Virus record (IMG/VR): IMGVR_UViG_3300022842_000007 | Coordinates: 1 to 64,000 of that record | DNA length: 64,000 bases | Strand: one strand, 5' to 3' | Origin: a virus | Part shown: positions 36,756 to 46,375 of the stretch, in pieces | Position numbering within the stretch: the first letter of the stretch is position 1 | Layout: each line of letters begins with the position of its first letter | Position numbers and translations under genes: made by a program | The notes under the pieces: generated by a model | What the model was told of the DNA's origin: nothing | Database searches by the model: none | Seen by the model: the letters and a program-made list of their open reading frames with translations, nothing else

Positions 36756-37787
36756 ATGAGAGACGAATTTACATGCAAAGAACATATCCTTTGGTTTATG
36801 ATGACCAATGCCATTAGCTTGTCTCATTACGATCATAAATTTATTTCCAATATGCAAGTGTTCACGCACGAAAAGAAACAAATTACAAGCAACCAATCAG
36901 CGTTATTTAATAAGTTACTGGGTAAATACACAAAGCAATTAATTAAATGTAAAAAGGATCCAGTAGAACTTGTAAAACTTCCATGGAAATGCGAAGTAAT
37001 TTCAAGTCTGCCTCAATATACTAATGCTAATGTTGCCTACGATTCTGAGAATAACCTATTAACAGTTAGGGCGCCATTCAAAAGGCAGTTCCTTCAATAT
37101 CAGCAGGGAAAGAAGGGAAATCCATGGCTATGGAATCCAACGAAAAAACGATATGAGGCTGTACCCGATACAAGAGCATTACGGGTTGCATATGATCATT
37201 TGCCCAAGTTTTTCAATACTGTGTATCACGATGGCCTCAATGATCTAATAGCCGAGATGGAAAAAGAAAAACAGCAATTCAATCGGCCAACACTGACCAT
37301 TATTAATGGAGAATATGTTGTTGCAGTTTCCAATAAAATATTAGATGAGAAACTCGAAGGAATAGAACTTAATGCTACACCACAATGCCTGTATCAAATG
37401 TCATTACTGGGCATCAGCGTAGACAGCATCATCTTACAAAACGATCCTAAGTTGCTGTTTGCTTCTAAATACGCTAATGAATGTGATGTAGATGATTTAG
37501 ATAAGATTCTGTCATGGATAGCTGAGTTGGGTTGTCGTTACCTGAGCCACCAATACAGCATGGGTGGAGAAATCGGCGGAGAAGTAAGACGGGCACTTGA
37601 AAAGGCAGGCATAGCGTTAATACCACCTGGGCCTAAGTTCGACAAGATAGCGAAGAAAAAATGTAACAACACCTTGCCAATGTTGTGTCAATTTACTTCT
37701 ACTATTAACTCGGACCAACATCATGGAGCCGGTGCTGTTGGTAAAATAATTGTAATAAAAAATGGAAGAGCGATAAAAATATTATGA
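36756..37787 (+). CDS. Hypothetical protein
   Basis: 343-aa ORF coupled to the helicase. Confidence 0.7.
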   Translation: MRDEFTCKEHILWFMMTNAISLSHYDHKFISNMQVFTHEKKQITSNQSALFNKLLGKYTKQLIKCKKDPVELVKLPWKCEVISSLPQYTNANVAYDSENNLLTVRAPFKRQFLQYQQGKKGNPWLWNPTKKRYEAVPDTRALRVAYDHLPKFFNTVYHDGLNDLIAEMEKEKQQFNRPTLTIINGEYVVAVSNKILDEKLEGIELNATPQCLYQMSLLGISVDSIILQNDPKLLFASKYANECDVDDLDKILSWIAELGCRYLSHQYSMGGEIGGEVRRALEKAGIALIPPGPKFDKIAKKKCNNTLPMLCQFTSTINSDQHHGAGAVGKIIVIKNGRAIKIL

Positions 37788-39247
37788 GCAAAGGAACTGC
37801 TATACTTAAAATTAAAGACGAGGTCAATCTCAAGATTGAAGGGCTTGACCTCGATGCTCGCAGAACATTGATGCAGAAATTCGAGTACGAAGTCCCTGGC
37901 GCACGTTATATGCCTGCTGTAAAACTAGGCAGATGGAATGGTAAAGTAAGTTACTGTTCATTAGCAGGATCAACGTTTATTAATTTACTCCCTGAGATTA
38001 TACCAATCTTAGAAGACCTTAATTATAATATTGAGTTAGCAGACCTAAGAGAATATAAGACTTCGTTCAACTTCTCTGAGATCACATCTGAATCATATGC
38101 AGAGTGTAAGTGGCCTAAGGGTCACGTACATGAAGGAGAGTCTATTAAGCTAAGAGACTATCAAGTAGAAATTATTAATCAGTTCTTGGCACACCCTCAA
38201 TCGATTCAAGAAATAGCAACTGGCGCAGGTAAGACTATCATGTCAGCCGCCTTGAGTCATAGTGTAGAATCATATGGTCGTAGCATTGTCATTGTTCCCA
38301 ATAAGAGCTTGGTAACACAGACAGAAGAGGATTACATTAACCTGGGATTGGAGGTTGGTGTTTATTTTGGTGACAGAAAAGAATACTTTAAACAACATAC
38401 AATCTGCACATGGCAGTCGCTGAACAATCTATTAAAGAATACTAAAAAAGGCGAAGCACTATGCACGATAGACGAATTTATAGAAGGGGTAGTCTGTGTG
38501 ATAGTAGATGAAGTGCATATGGCAAAAGCAGATGCATTAAAGACATTATTAACTGGTGTTATGGCTCATGTTCCCATACGTTGGGGACTGACAGGAACCG
38601 TCCCTAAAGCACATTACGAACGATTAGCACTACAAGTTAGTCTTGGCGAAGTTATTAACAAATTGTCTGCCAGTGAGTTGCAGGACCAGGGAGTGTTAGC
38701 AAAATGTCATGTGAACATAATGCAACTGCAAGACAACGCGGACTTTGGTGATTATCAAGGTGAGTTAAAATATTTACTCGGCGATAAAAAACGATTAGAC
38801 AAATTGGCTAGTCTTATAGATGCAATATCTCTGTCAGGAAACACTCTGATACTAGTAGATCGTATCAATGCAGGCCATGAATTAGTCGAGCGTTTAGACG
38901 ATGCAGTATTTGTATCAGGAGGAATGAAAGTTGTTGACAGAAAAGAAGAATATGACGATGTGGCCACGGCTACTAATAAAATTATTGTTGCTACTTACGG
39001 CGTGGCTAGTACTGGTATTAATATTCCTAGGATTTTTAATCTTGTACTCCTTGAACCAGGTAAGAGTTTTGTTCGTGTCATACAGTCTATCGGTCGTGGC
39101 ATTCGTAAAGCAGAAGACAAAGATTTTGTTCAAATCTGGGACTTGACAAGTTCATGTAAATTTGCAAAAAGGCATTTGACACAGCGCAAGGCTTTCTACA
39201 AAGAAGCAAACTATCCATTTGTTGTTGAGAAAATACAATACAAATGA
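37784..39247 (+). CDS. uvsW: SF2 DNA helicase (UvsW-like)
   Basis: LRDYQ, ATGAGKT, DEVH, GLTGT, STGINI, QSIGRGIR. Confidence 0.92.
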   Translation: MSKGTAILKIKDEVNLKIEGLDLDARRTLMQKFEYEVPGARYMPAVKLGRWNGKVSYCSLAGSTFINLLPEIIPILEDLNYNIELADLREYKTSFNFSEITSESYAECKWPKGHVHEGESIKLRDYQVEIINQFLAHPQSIQEIATGAGKTIMSAALSHSVESYGRSIVIVPNKSLVTQTEEDYINLGLEVGVYFGDRKEYFKQHTICTWQSLNNLLKNTKKGEALCTIDEFIEGVVCVIVDEVHMAKADALKTLLTGVMAHVPIRWGLTGTVPKAHYERLALQVSLGEVINKLSASELQDQGVLAKCHVNIMQLQDNADFGDYQGELKYLLGDKKRLDKLASLIDAISLSGNTLILVDRINAGHELVERLDDAVFVSGGMKVVDRKEEYDDVATATNKIIVATYGVASTGINIPRIFNLVLLEPGKSFVRVIQSIGRGIRKAEDKDFVQIWDLTSSCKFAKRHLTQRKAFYKEANYPFVVEKIQYK

Positions 39248-39293
39248 TACCATTAAACTTGACTATCCTACTAGGAGCAGTTACAATAACATC

Positions 39294-39797
39294 ATGAGAA
39301 TATTAACACTAGAAGAAAACCTGTACTATAATTTAGAAACACTTCCGGAAGAGATTGATGATATGCGATTTGCAATATTAGACAACTCTAATCCGTCGTA
39401 TGTGGATTACTATTACATACCATTAATCTTTATTGAATCTTTCAATGCACCAGCAGTCGTATTGCAGATAGGTAACAGACAGATTAAGATGCCAGTTGAT
39501 TGGCAAGTGTTAATAGGTGATGAAGAAGGAGGAGATTTAGAAACGCTCCCACTCTCAAGTCTAAACGATAGAGGTTTCTCTGTATTTGCGTTCAATCCTT
39601 TAAGTTCATTCTCACCTAGTTTCTTACCAATCGAAATAGTTGACATCTATTCTGATGTGACATGGTATGCTCCTAGACTACGCAATGGTCAGTTCCTGTG
39701 CGTGCCTATTGATGATAGTCCTAAGCCAAGATGTGTTTATTTCATTAAGGAGATAAGTCGTAATTGTGAGATCGTAGACTATGCACAGGTATTCTGA
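39294..39797 (+). CDS. Conserved hypothetical protein
   Basis: MRILTLE... start; lies in the replication block. Confidence 0.7.
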   Translation: MRILTLEENLYYNLETLPEEIDDMRFAILDNSNPSYVDYYYIPLIFIESFNAPAVVLQIGNRQIKMPVDWQVLIGDEEGGDLETLPLSSLNDRGFSVFAFNPLSSFSPSFLPIEIVDIYSDVTWYAPRLRNGQFLCVPIDDSPKPRCVYFIKEISRNCEIVDYAQVF

Positions 39798-39799
39798 AA

Positions 39800-40387
39800 A
39801 TGGCTAAGGCGAAGGTTCCGATTGAAGAGAAGTTTGAGAAACAAGAGTTTGACTTATTTGAGGCAATTACTGCTATCGATAACAAAGATTATGGTTATTA
39901 CGATAGACTAACTCCAGAACAGCAAAGGAAGTTTGTTCCTTATATGATGTTACATTGGATCAGTGCGGTAAACGGTTCGCGAAAAATGGCACAGTATTAT
40001 TTACAGAGTGTAGACTATCATGCTAACAAGTACGTGTTTAATGAAAATGTGATCAAGCATCCTAAACTACAGTGGTTGATGTTGTGTTCAGCCAGTCCCG
40101 GTATTGGTAAACAATATCATGCATGGATACCGCAAATTAAAGCAGGTGTATCTAAGTTGAGAGACAAAGCAATACCAAAAGATATTAAAACGTATTTTAA
40201 AAAGATATATCCTGCACTAACAGTGGGAGATTTGGCAGAAATGTCAGAAGCATATTGCGATCAACATAAACGCAAAATGTATTTGGCAAGCAAATTCCCT
40301 GAATTAAAATTTGATGAGGTAGAATTACTGAGTGACATCGTTACCGAAAATGACATCGAAGAATACGAAAAAGAACTCGGCAACTAA
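39800..40387 (+). CDS. Hypothetical protein, possibly a replication accessory (clamp-loader small subunit-like)
   Basis: Helical; FVPYMMLHW, HPKLQWL; function inferred weakly from context. Confidence 0.5.
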   Translation: MAKAKVPIEEKFEKQEFDLFEAITAIDNKDYGYYDRLTPEQQRKFVPYMMLHWISAVNGSRKMAQYYLQSVDYHANKYVFNENVIKHPKLQWLMLCSASPGIGKQYHAWIPQIKAGVSKLRDKAIPKDIKTYFKKIYPALTVGDLAEMSEAYCDQHKRKMYLASKFPELKFDEVELLSDIVTENDIEEYEKELGN

Positions 40388-41057
40388 ATTCGGTTGTGAC
40401 TTCTGCGGTCGTAAATTTCTTAGAGAGAGTACGATTGAAGTACACCTATGTGAAAGTAAACGTAGATGGAGTGACAAAGGCCTTAAAGGCAATCGTATTG
40501 GGTTCGCCGCTTGGTTAAACTTTTATGCAAAGAATACGCCAACCAAAAAGCAAAAAACATATTTGGATTTTGTTAAAAGTTCCTATTATATTGCATTCGT
40601 TAAGTTTGGTCATTATTGTGTTAACATAAGATGCATCAATATCAATCAATATGCAGATTGGTTACTGAAGAGTCAAATCAAGATAGACAAGTGGACGAGT
40701 GATACAAATTACACTAGATTTATTGTGGAGTATCTTAGAGCAGAAGATCCATTAGATGCAATTGCTCGTAGTATAGAATCTGCGATTAACATTGCACAGG
40801 ACGCAAAGATAGAGAACCACGATACTTTTAGATATGGTCCTCCGAATAAAATCTGTTACGAAATAACATCAGGTAGAATCTCTCCTTGGATTTTGTATCA
40901 AAGTAAATCTGGAGTAGAGTTTTTAGGGAAATTAGATTCAGGTCAACAAAACATGATATTAGAATACATCGATCCAGAACTATGGGCCATTAAGTTCTTA
41001 AGAAACACTGACATCATTAGTGAAGTAAAAGATTTACTCAATCAAGCAGGTTATTAA
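40350..41057 (+). CDS. Hypothetical protein with N-terminal Zn finger
   Basis: FGCDFCGRKFLRESTIEVHLC. Confidence 0.7.
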   Translation: MTSKNTKKNSATKFGCDFCGRKFLRESTIEVHLCESKRRWSDKGLKGNRIGFAAWLNFYAKNTPTKKQKTYLDFVKSSYYIAFVKFGHYCVNIRCININQYADWLLKSQIKIDKWTSDTNYTRFIVEYLRAEDPLDAIARSIESAINIAQDAKIENHDTFRYGPPNKICYEITSGRISPWILYQSKSGVEFLGKLDSGQQNMILEYIDPELWAIKFLRNTDIISEVKDLLNQAGY

Positions 41058-41459
41058 ATGGCCAGTATAGTATCTAAAAAACTTGATAATAGATTCACTG
41101 GCTATAAACATTTTAAATATCGTGCTAATTTGACCTCGTCCCAGCCAGTGCCAGAGATGTTTAGTTCAACACAAGGCGGCTATGCTGATTTAATCAATAT
41201 CATAGACCACGTTAAATTGCGAGATTGGTGCTGGGATACTTGGGGACCAAGCTGTGACTTAAAAGACTATATTAGAATTGCTGAACTAAGAGTATTTCTT
41301 GCTGTCAATGAGCGCACCAGACAGTCTGAAGATTATGAACTTAATGAACATTGGTGCTTTTCTAATGAATCAATAGTAAACACCAGAATAGGAAGAGAAC
41401 GTCGAATTTATTTAGCAGGTGATGCAGAACTTGCATGGCTAGGCCTAAAATGGCAATAA
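41058..41459 (+). CDS. Hypothetical protein
   Basis: DWCWDTWGPS...IYLAGDAELAWLGLKW. Confidence 0.7.
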   Translation: MASIVSKKLDNRFTGYKHFKYRANLTSSQPVPEMFSSTQGGYADLINIIDHVKLRDWCWDTWGPSCDLKDYIRIAELRVFLAVNERTRQSEDYELNEHWCFSNESIVNTRIGRERRIYLAGDAELAWLGLKWQ

Positions 41460-42157
41460 ACGAATTACACTATGACGGTAAAGGTTATGTCATTGAATAT
41501 AAGGTTGTGGCAGATGAATTACTGGATGCAATCAGTGACAAACTAGATACCTGTTATCCAGTCAGAGCATCTACACATAGAAAAAAATATGCAGAGGCAG
41601 AAGACACACAGAAACTGCAAGGCGTTGCTGTTTGGTGGTCACAACTGACTGATGAATGGGATGAAGTTCAGACAATTAACAATTTGGTTTATCCAATAAT
41701 TCAACAACATATGCCTAAGGCAAAGTTCTATGCGAGTGACATTGTAACTATTAATGGACCTTCTCGTTGGATTGGTCCGCATGTTGACACGCCTCATAGA
41801 TTCACAGAATACAATGACGTAGCGCCAGACGAACTCTTGGGCATACAAGTCATTATACCATTAGAGACACTAGACGAGACTACAGGGGCTACCGGCCTGA
41901 TCCCTTTCAGCCATAGAGAAGATTGGGATATACAAGATTGTTACGATGGTGTACATGATGATATGTTCAAAGACGAAGCAGTACAGCACGAGTTACCAAA
42001 AGGGTCGGTGTTGTTCTATAACACTCGATTGATGCATTCTACAATGCCATTAAATTTACCCAAAAAGCGATCTATTCTCTTGCTTAACTATTTACGGGAT
42101 GATATAATACAATCTGTAACAAAAATTGACAATATATGGAGTAGTAATGGCAAATGA
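41450..42157 (+). CDS. PhyH-family 2OG-Fe(II) dioxygenase
   Basis: PHVD, GATGLIPFSH, KGSVLFYNTRLMH, R-S. Confidence 0.85.
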   Translation: MAINELHYDGKGYVIEYKVVADELLDAISDKLDTCYPVRASTHRKKYAEAEDTQKLQGVAVWWSQLTDEWDEVQTINNLVYPIIQQHMPKAKFYASDIVTINGPSRWIGPHVDTPHRFTEYNDVAPDELLGIQVIIPLETLDETTGATGLIPFSHREDWDIQDCYDGVHDDMFKDEAVQHELPKGSVLFYNTRLMHSTMPLNLPKKRSILLLNYLRDDIIQSVTKIDNIWSSNGK

Positions 42158-42686
42158 TATAATGATAGATATGGAAACATTAAGCACGAGAGCCGACTGT
42201 GTGATATTAACTATTGGTGCTGTGCGATTTGATCCCAGGGGCATTGGTGTAGTAGAGCGCATTGAAATCAGACCCACAATAGAAGAACAAACTGCCGATT
42301 TTGACAGACATATTGATGAAGAGACTCTGGATTGGTGGGGAAGACAATCAGATGATGCAATCAATGAATCAATGGGTGATACAGGTCGAGTACCATTTAA
42401 AGTCGCAATGGAACAGTTGCACAAATTTTGTTGGAATCAAGGAAAGATATGGTCCAATGGTTCTGTTTTTGATGTAATCATAGCTGAACATGCATTCAAT
42501 CAATTAGATATAACTCATCCATGGCGATTCTGGAACATCAGAGACTGTCGAACAATATATAATCTTTGTAAAGTATCTTTAAAAGATGGTTCTCATGTAA
42601 CCTCTCACAAAGCAGTAGAGGATGCTGAACACCAAGCAATAGTAGTGCAACGAGCATATTTAAAATTAACGGAAGCAGGATTGTAA
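42147..42686 (+). CDS. DEDD 3'-5' exonuclease
   Basis: MIDMETL, WSNGSVFD, RDCRT, HKAVEDA. Confidence 0.88.
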   Translation: MANDIMIDMETLSTRADCVILTIGAVRFDPRGIGVVERIEIRPTIEEQTADFDRHIDEETLDWWGRQSDDAINESMGDTGRVPFKVAMEQLHKFCWNQGKIWSNGSVFDVIIAEHAFNQLDITHPWRFWNIRDCRTIYNLCKVSLKDGSHVTSHKAVEDAEHQAIVVQRAYLKLTEAGL

Positions 42687-43270
42687 TGCATCAATCGGAT
42701 ATTGACATAGATTTTGGTGATAGGACGAAGTTGTTAAAAGTAATACAACATATTCCTGCATCCATGCGTAATGTCAGTCCGATTAAAAAGCATCCTACTG
42801 GTGTATACATTACAGAAGTTCCGTATGATCCTGTTAATGATATGTGTGCATTGGATTACAAAGAAGCCGATGCTCGTAAATATTTTAAATTAGATTTGTT
42901 GAATGTAAATGTGTATCAACAAGTTAAAGATGAACATCATTTGATTAGTCTTATGGCAGAGCCAAATTGGGAACGCCTTAAGGAAAAAGACTTCGTAGAG
43001 CAATTAATACACTTAAATAAACAATATGATATTTTACAAAAAATGCCACAAGAAATAAATAGTATTCCAAGATTAGCAATGTTCCTGGCTATCATTAGGC
43101 CTGCTAAAAGAACGCTCATAGGAAGAACGTGGGAACACATTAGTAAAACAGTATGGATAGATAACAATCGTGGGTACACATTTAAGAAATCGCATGCTGT
43201 AGCATACGCACAATTAGTTGTGGTACATATGAATTTAATCGAAGAAGGAAAAACCCGTGACGGAATATAG
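42686..43270 (+). CDS. Miniature DNA polymerase III alpha (DnaE)-like protein
   Basis: DIDIDF, KHPTGVY, FKLDLL, AIIRP, FKKSHAVAYA in DnaE order within 194 aa. Confidence 0.78.
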   Translation: MHQSDIDIDFGDRTKLLKVIQHIPASMRNVSPIKKHPTGVYITEVPYDPVNDMCALDYKEADARKYFKLDLLNVNVYQQVKDEHHLISLMAEPNWERLKEKDFVEQLIHLNKQYDILQKMPQEINSIPRLAMFLAIIRPAKRTLIGRTWEHISKTVWIDNNRGYTFKKSHAVAYAQLVVVHMNLIEEGKTRDGI

Positions 43271-43520
43271 CGATACAGTAGAAAGACAGCGGTTGCGCAT
43301 AAACTCAGAGAAGTGGGGGAAGGGTATTACAACACTTCATGCGCATTCATTAACATCTATGTGGTATGATACACGCAAGACAGATGGCTCGGTAATAGAC
43401 ACTGAATACAATAATGGTTCTATTAAACGAGTAATACAAAACACTGGTGAAATTATTTACTTTGGAAAAGCACTCACAGGAGATGCATTAATGGATGCAT
43501 ACGGAAGTCATGGGCAATAA
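43257..43520 (+). CDS. Hypothetical protein
   Basis: AAGGA SD with GTG start; overlaps both neighbours. Confidence 0.65.
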   Translation: MTEYSDTVERQRLRINSEKWGKGITTLHAHSLTSMWYDTRKTDGSVIDTEYNNGSIKRVIQNTGEIIYFGKALTGDALMDAYGSHGQ

Positions 43521-44067
43521 ACTAGAACTTACGCTAATTGATGAAAGTAATCCTTTATTAAAAGAACCCTGCACTGCCTGGGATTTTACATCAGACGGTT
43601 CACCAACTGAACTGGTGTCTGCTTTGACAAGAGTTATGTTTAGCCCTAATCATGGTGGTATTGGGTTGGCCGCACCACAGTGTGGAGTGATGAAAAATAT
43701 ATTTGTCATGGGAAGCAATGAAAATTTGATTGCTGTTATTAATCCTGTCATTGATGAATTAATTGGCGACAAAGAGATGTACTTAGAAGGTTGTTTAAGT
43801 TATCCTGATCTTTGGTTACATGTACTAAGACATCCAGAATGCATCGTATCGTATCAAACACTCGACGGCACTGCGGTTGAAAGAAAACATCTTACGGATC
43901 TACAAGCAAGAGTATTTTTACACGAATTTGATCATTTATTAGGTATAACATTTGAAGAACGAGTACAGAGTAAACTTAGTTTAGAATTAGCTAAGAAGCG
44001 TAGAGTAAAGAAGAGGCGTCAAACAGAAAAAGCTATCAAAAGAATGAAAGCGAAAGCAACTCAGTAG
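43510..44067 (+). CDS. def: Peptide deformylase
   Basis: GIGLAAPQ, EGCLS, HEFDH; basic C-terminal helix. Confidence 0.93.
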   Translation: MGNKLELTLIDESNPLLKEPCTAWDFTSDGSPTELVSALTRVMFSPNHGGIGLAAPQCGVMKNIFVMGSNENLIAVINPVIDELIGDKEMYLEGCLSYPDLWLHVLRHPECIVSYQTLDGTAVERKHLTDLQARVFLHEFDHLLGITFEERVQSKLSLELAKKRRVKKRRQTEKAIKRMKAKATQ

Positions 44068-44453
44068 GTTCGTTTTACTAACGTAATAGATTTTCTCTTA
44101 ACACGTTTCTTTTGAAAATCAGTCATACTAACAACAGGGCCGTGTAGTAAATTTAGTGCTTTGTTGTTGAATGTTCTGATAAAAGGTTTGAAGGCTGTCC
44201 ATTCATCTTTCAAGAACAGGTTGATTGGTATTTGTCTATTCGATTCCCACCACCATACATCGCCTAATTCTAAAAACAGAACTTTAAGATCAGCATCATG
44301 TATCGCTCCGTAATCATACATAGTAGTGACCAGATCATCTCGGTTCTGTATGATGCCCACGTGGTCTTGTCCAGCATACTGAAGCACCGATATGAAAGGG
44401 TGAGTTTCGGTCAGTTTCTGAAAATAATCTAGTGGGTTCTTTGCATCTGTCAT
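44061..44453 (-). CDS. Conserved hypothetical protein
   Basis: WWWESNRQIPINLFL; TAAATA on the minus strand at 44464-44469. Confidence 0.75.
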   Translation of the reverse strand: MTDAKNPLDYFQKLTETHPFISVLQYAGQDHVGIIQNRDDLVTTMYDYGAIHDADLKVLFLELGDVWWWESNRQIPINLFLKDEWTAFKPFIRTFNNKALNLLHGPVVSMTDFQKKRVKRKSITLVKRTY

Positions 44454-44546
44454 AGTCTAATAGTATTTAACTCTGGAAAATAATTGGTGTAATTTCTTTA
44501 GATTGGGTTAAAGATAAATATAGTTAATAAAGGAGATTAGAATGCC

Positions 44547-45347
44547 ATGTCTTACACGACATCAGTTTACACATACACAGTCCGACAGATTGTTGTCGTC
44601 CTGTCAGGTACAAGTCCGAGGAAATATATGCCAGTTTATGCAAAACCATTAACACTAAACAAGGGTGTTGACAATCAACTACAGTTTCAGTTTCTGAATC
44701 AAGAGCAGAAGCCAGTAAACCTGTCGGCATTAGCGGCCGCTAACTTGCAAATTTCTTTCAGAGCATTAAACTCAGACGGTACCTCGGTCCTTTTTAGAAA
44801 GGCATTAGAACCCGTATATGATGTTACTGGCATCTTTGTGCTAAACACCTCTGCCGCACTGATAGAAGACATTGTTGCTCAAAAAGGATCGTATTCTTTA
44901 GAATGGCCTAGTGGAAATCTAAAGTTACCGGTATTCACTGATTCAAAAGCAGGCGCACGTGGGGATTTAAATATTGTAGATTCGGTTCTACCGTCATTCG
45001 TCCCTTCACAACTTGTCACGATTCCAAGCTCCCAGACGCTCCCTGCCGCAAATGCCAATGCGAATACGGTAGCTGTCACGTTTTTCTCAAGTACGATTGA
45101 TACGCAATCTAATCCAATCCTATCGACCTCACTTGATTACGCAAATTTTGTTGGTAATATGACAATTCAAGGTTCAACTACGTCTGATGCAGACTATTAT
45201 GACATCAGTTCATATGAATATGGCAACGCCGCAAATGGTGCATCTGAGTCTGGTACAATTGGTTACACGATCAATGGGTATCATCCATTCATCCAACTTA
45301 AATTTACTGCAAATGTGGGTAACATAACAACGATTCTAGCAAGATAA
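44547..45347 (+). CDS. Probable virion structural protein
   Basis: Late promoter at 44515 and AAGGAG SD; beta-rich sequence (KGVDNQLQFQFLNQEQKPV). Confidence 0.65.
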   Translation: MSYTTSVYTYTVRQIVVVLSGTSPRKYMPVYAKPLTLNKGVDNQLQFQFLNQEQKPVNLSALAAANLQISFRALNSDGTSVLFRKALEPVYDVTGIFVLNTSAALIEDIVAQKGSYSLEWPSGNLKLPVFTDSKAGARGDLNIVDSVLPSFVPSQLVTIPSSQTLPAANANANTVAVTFFSSTIDTQSNPILSTSLDYANFVGNMTIQGSTTSDADYYDISSYEYGNAANGASESGTIGYTINGYHPFIQLKFTANVGNITTILAR

Positions 45348-45397
45348 GTTACCCTCTTTACTTGTTTTCTCATTCTTTTTAGTATATAATTACAGAT

Positions 45398-46375
45398 ATG
45401 TTTGATATACTCACGATTATTCCTGGCAAAAAGAAAAAGACACAAAGCGGTTGGAATTCATTCAATGCTCCGTGCTGTGCTCATAATGGCCACACTCCCG
45501 ATAAACGCATGCGTGGCGGTATCAAACAAGATGGAGACAATTGGCAGTTTCATTGTTTCAATTGCAACTTCAAGTGTGGCTTCCAGTTAGGTAGATCGAT
45601 CAGCAAAACGTGTCGTAGATTTCTACTCTGGCAAGGCATGCCTGAAACAGACATTAACAAATGGTCTTTGCATTCTGTTCAGCACAAAGACTTGATTAAT
45701 TCGATATTGTCGAAAAAGAAACAGCTGGTGGTGCCGGCGTTTAAAGAAATGCCTATGCCTGCAGGCGAGTTGATTTACGCAGGGAACAAAAAGCATAAAG
45801 TTTATATAGACTACCTACATACCAGAGGGATGACTCAAAATGATTATCCTTTTTTAGTAACCCCTGATGAAGAAGGTAGAGAAGCAAATAAATTGATTAT
45901 ACCCTTTACATATCAAAACAAAGTTGTAGGTAGCACTAGTAGATACATAGATGGTAGAAAGCCCAAGTTTATAAGCGATCAACAACCAGGTTATGTATTC
46001 GGCACAGACTTGCAAAGGGACACGTGGGGAATAGTCTTGGTGTTTGAAGGCATCTTTGATGCAATCTCAATGAATGGGTTAGCAGTGACAGGTAGCGAAA
46101 TCAATGATAATCAAGCCGTGATTATTAAAAGATTGGGTAAACGTGTTATTGTTGTTCCTGATCAAGATAAAACAGGATTAGAGATATGTGATCGTGCATT
46201 AGACCTGGGTTTTGAGGTAGCACTACCAAATTGGTATGGTGCTGACAAAATGGATGCAAATGAGGCAATAATAAAATATGGTAAATTAAATACCCTACTA
46301 AGTATACTTGATGCCGCAACCAGTAGTAAAATAGTTGTGGAAATGATGAGGAATAAAATTGCTAAAAGAATTTAA
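45398..46375 (+). CDS. DNA primase (Zn finger + TOPRIM)
   Basis: PCC...HCFNC, FEGIFDA, PDQD. Confidence 0.88.
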   Translation: MFDILTIIPGKKKKTQSGWNSFNAPCCAHNGHTPDKRMRGGIKQDGDNWQFHCFNCNFKCGFQLGRSISKTCRRFLLWQGMPETDINKWSLHSVQHKDLINSILSKKKQLVVPAFKEMPMPAGELIYAGNKKHKVYIDYLHTRGMTQNDYPFLVTPDEEGREANKLIIPFTYQNKVVGSTSRYIDGRKPKFISDQQPGYVFGTDLQRDTWGIVLVFEGIFDAISMNGLAVTGSEINDNQAVIIKRLGKRVIVVPDQDKTGLEICDRALDLGFEVALPNWYGADKMDANEAIIKYGKLNTLLSILDAATSSKIVVEMMRNKIAKRI

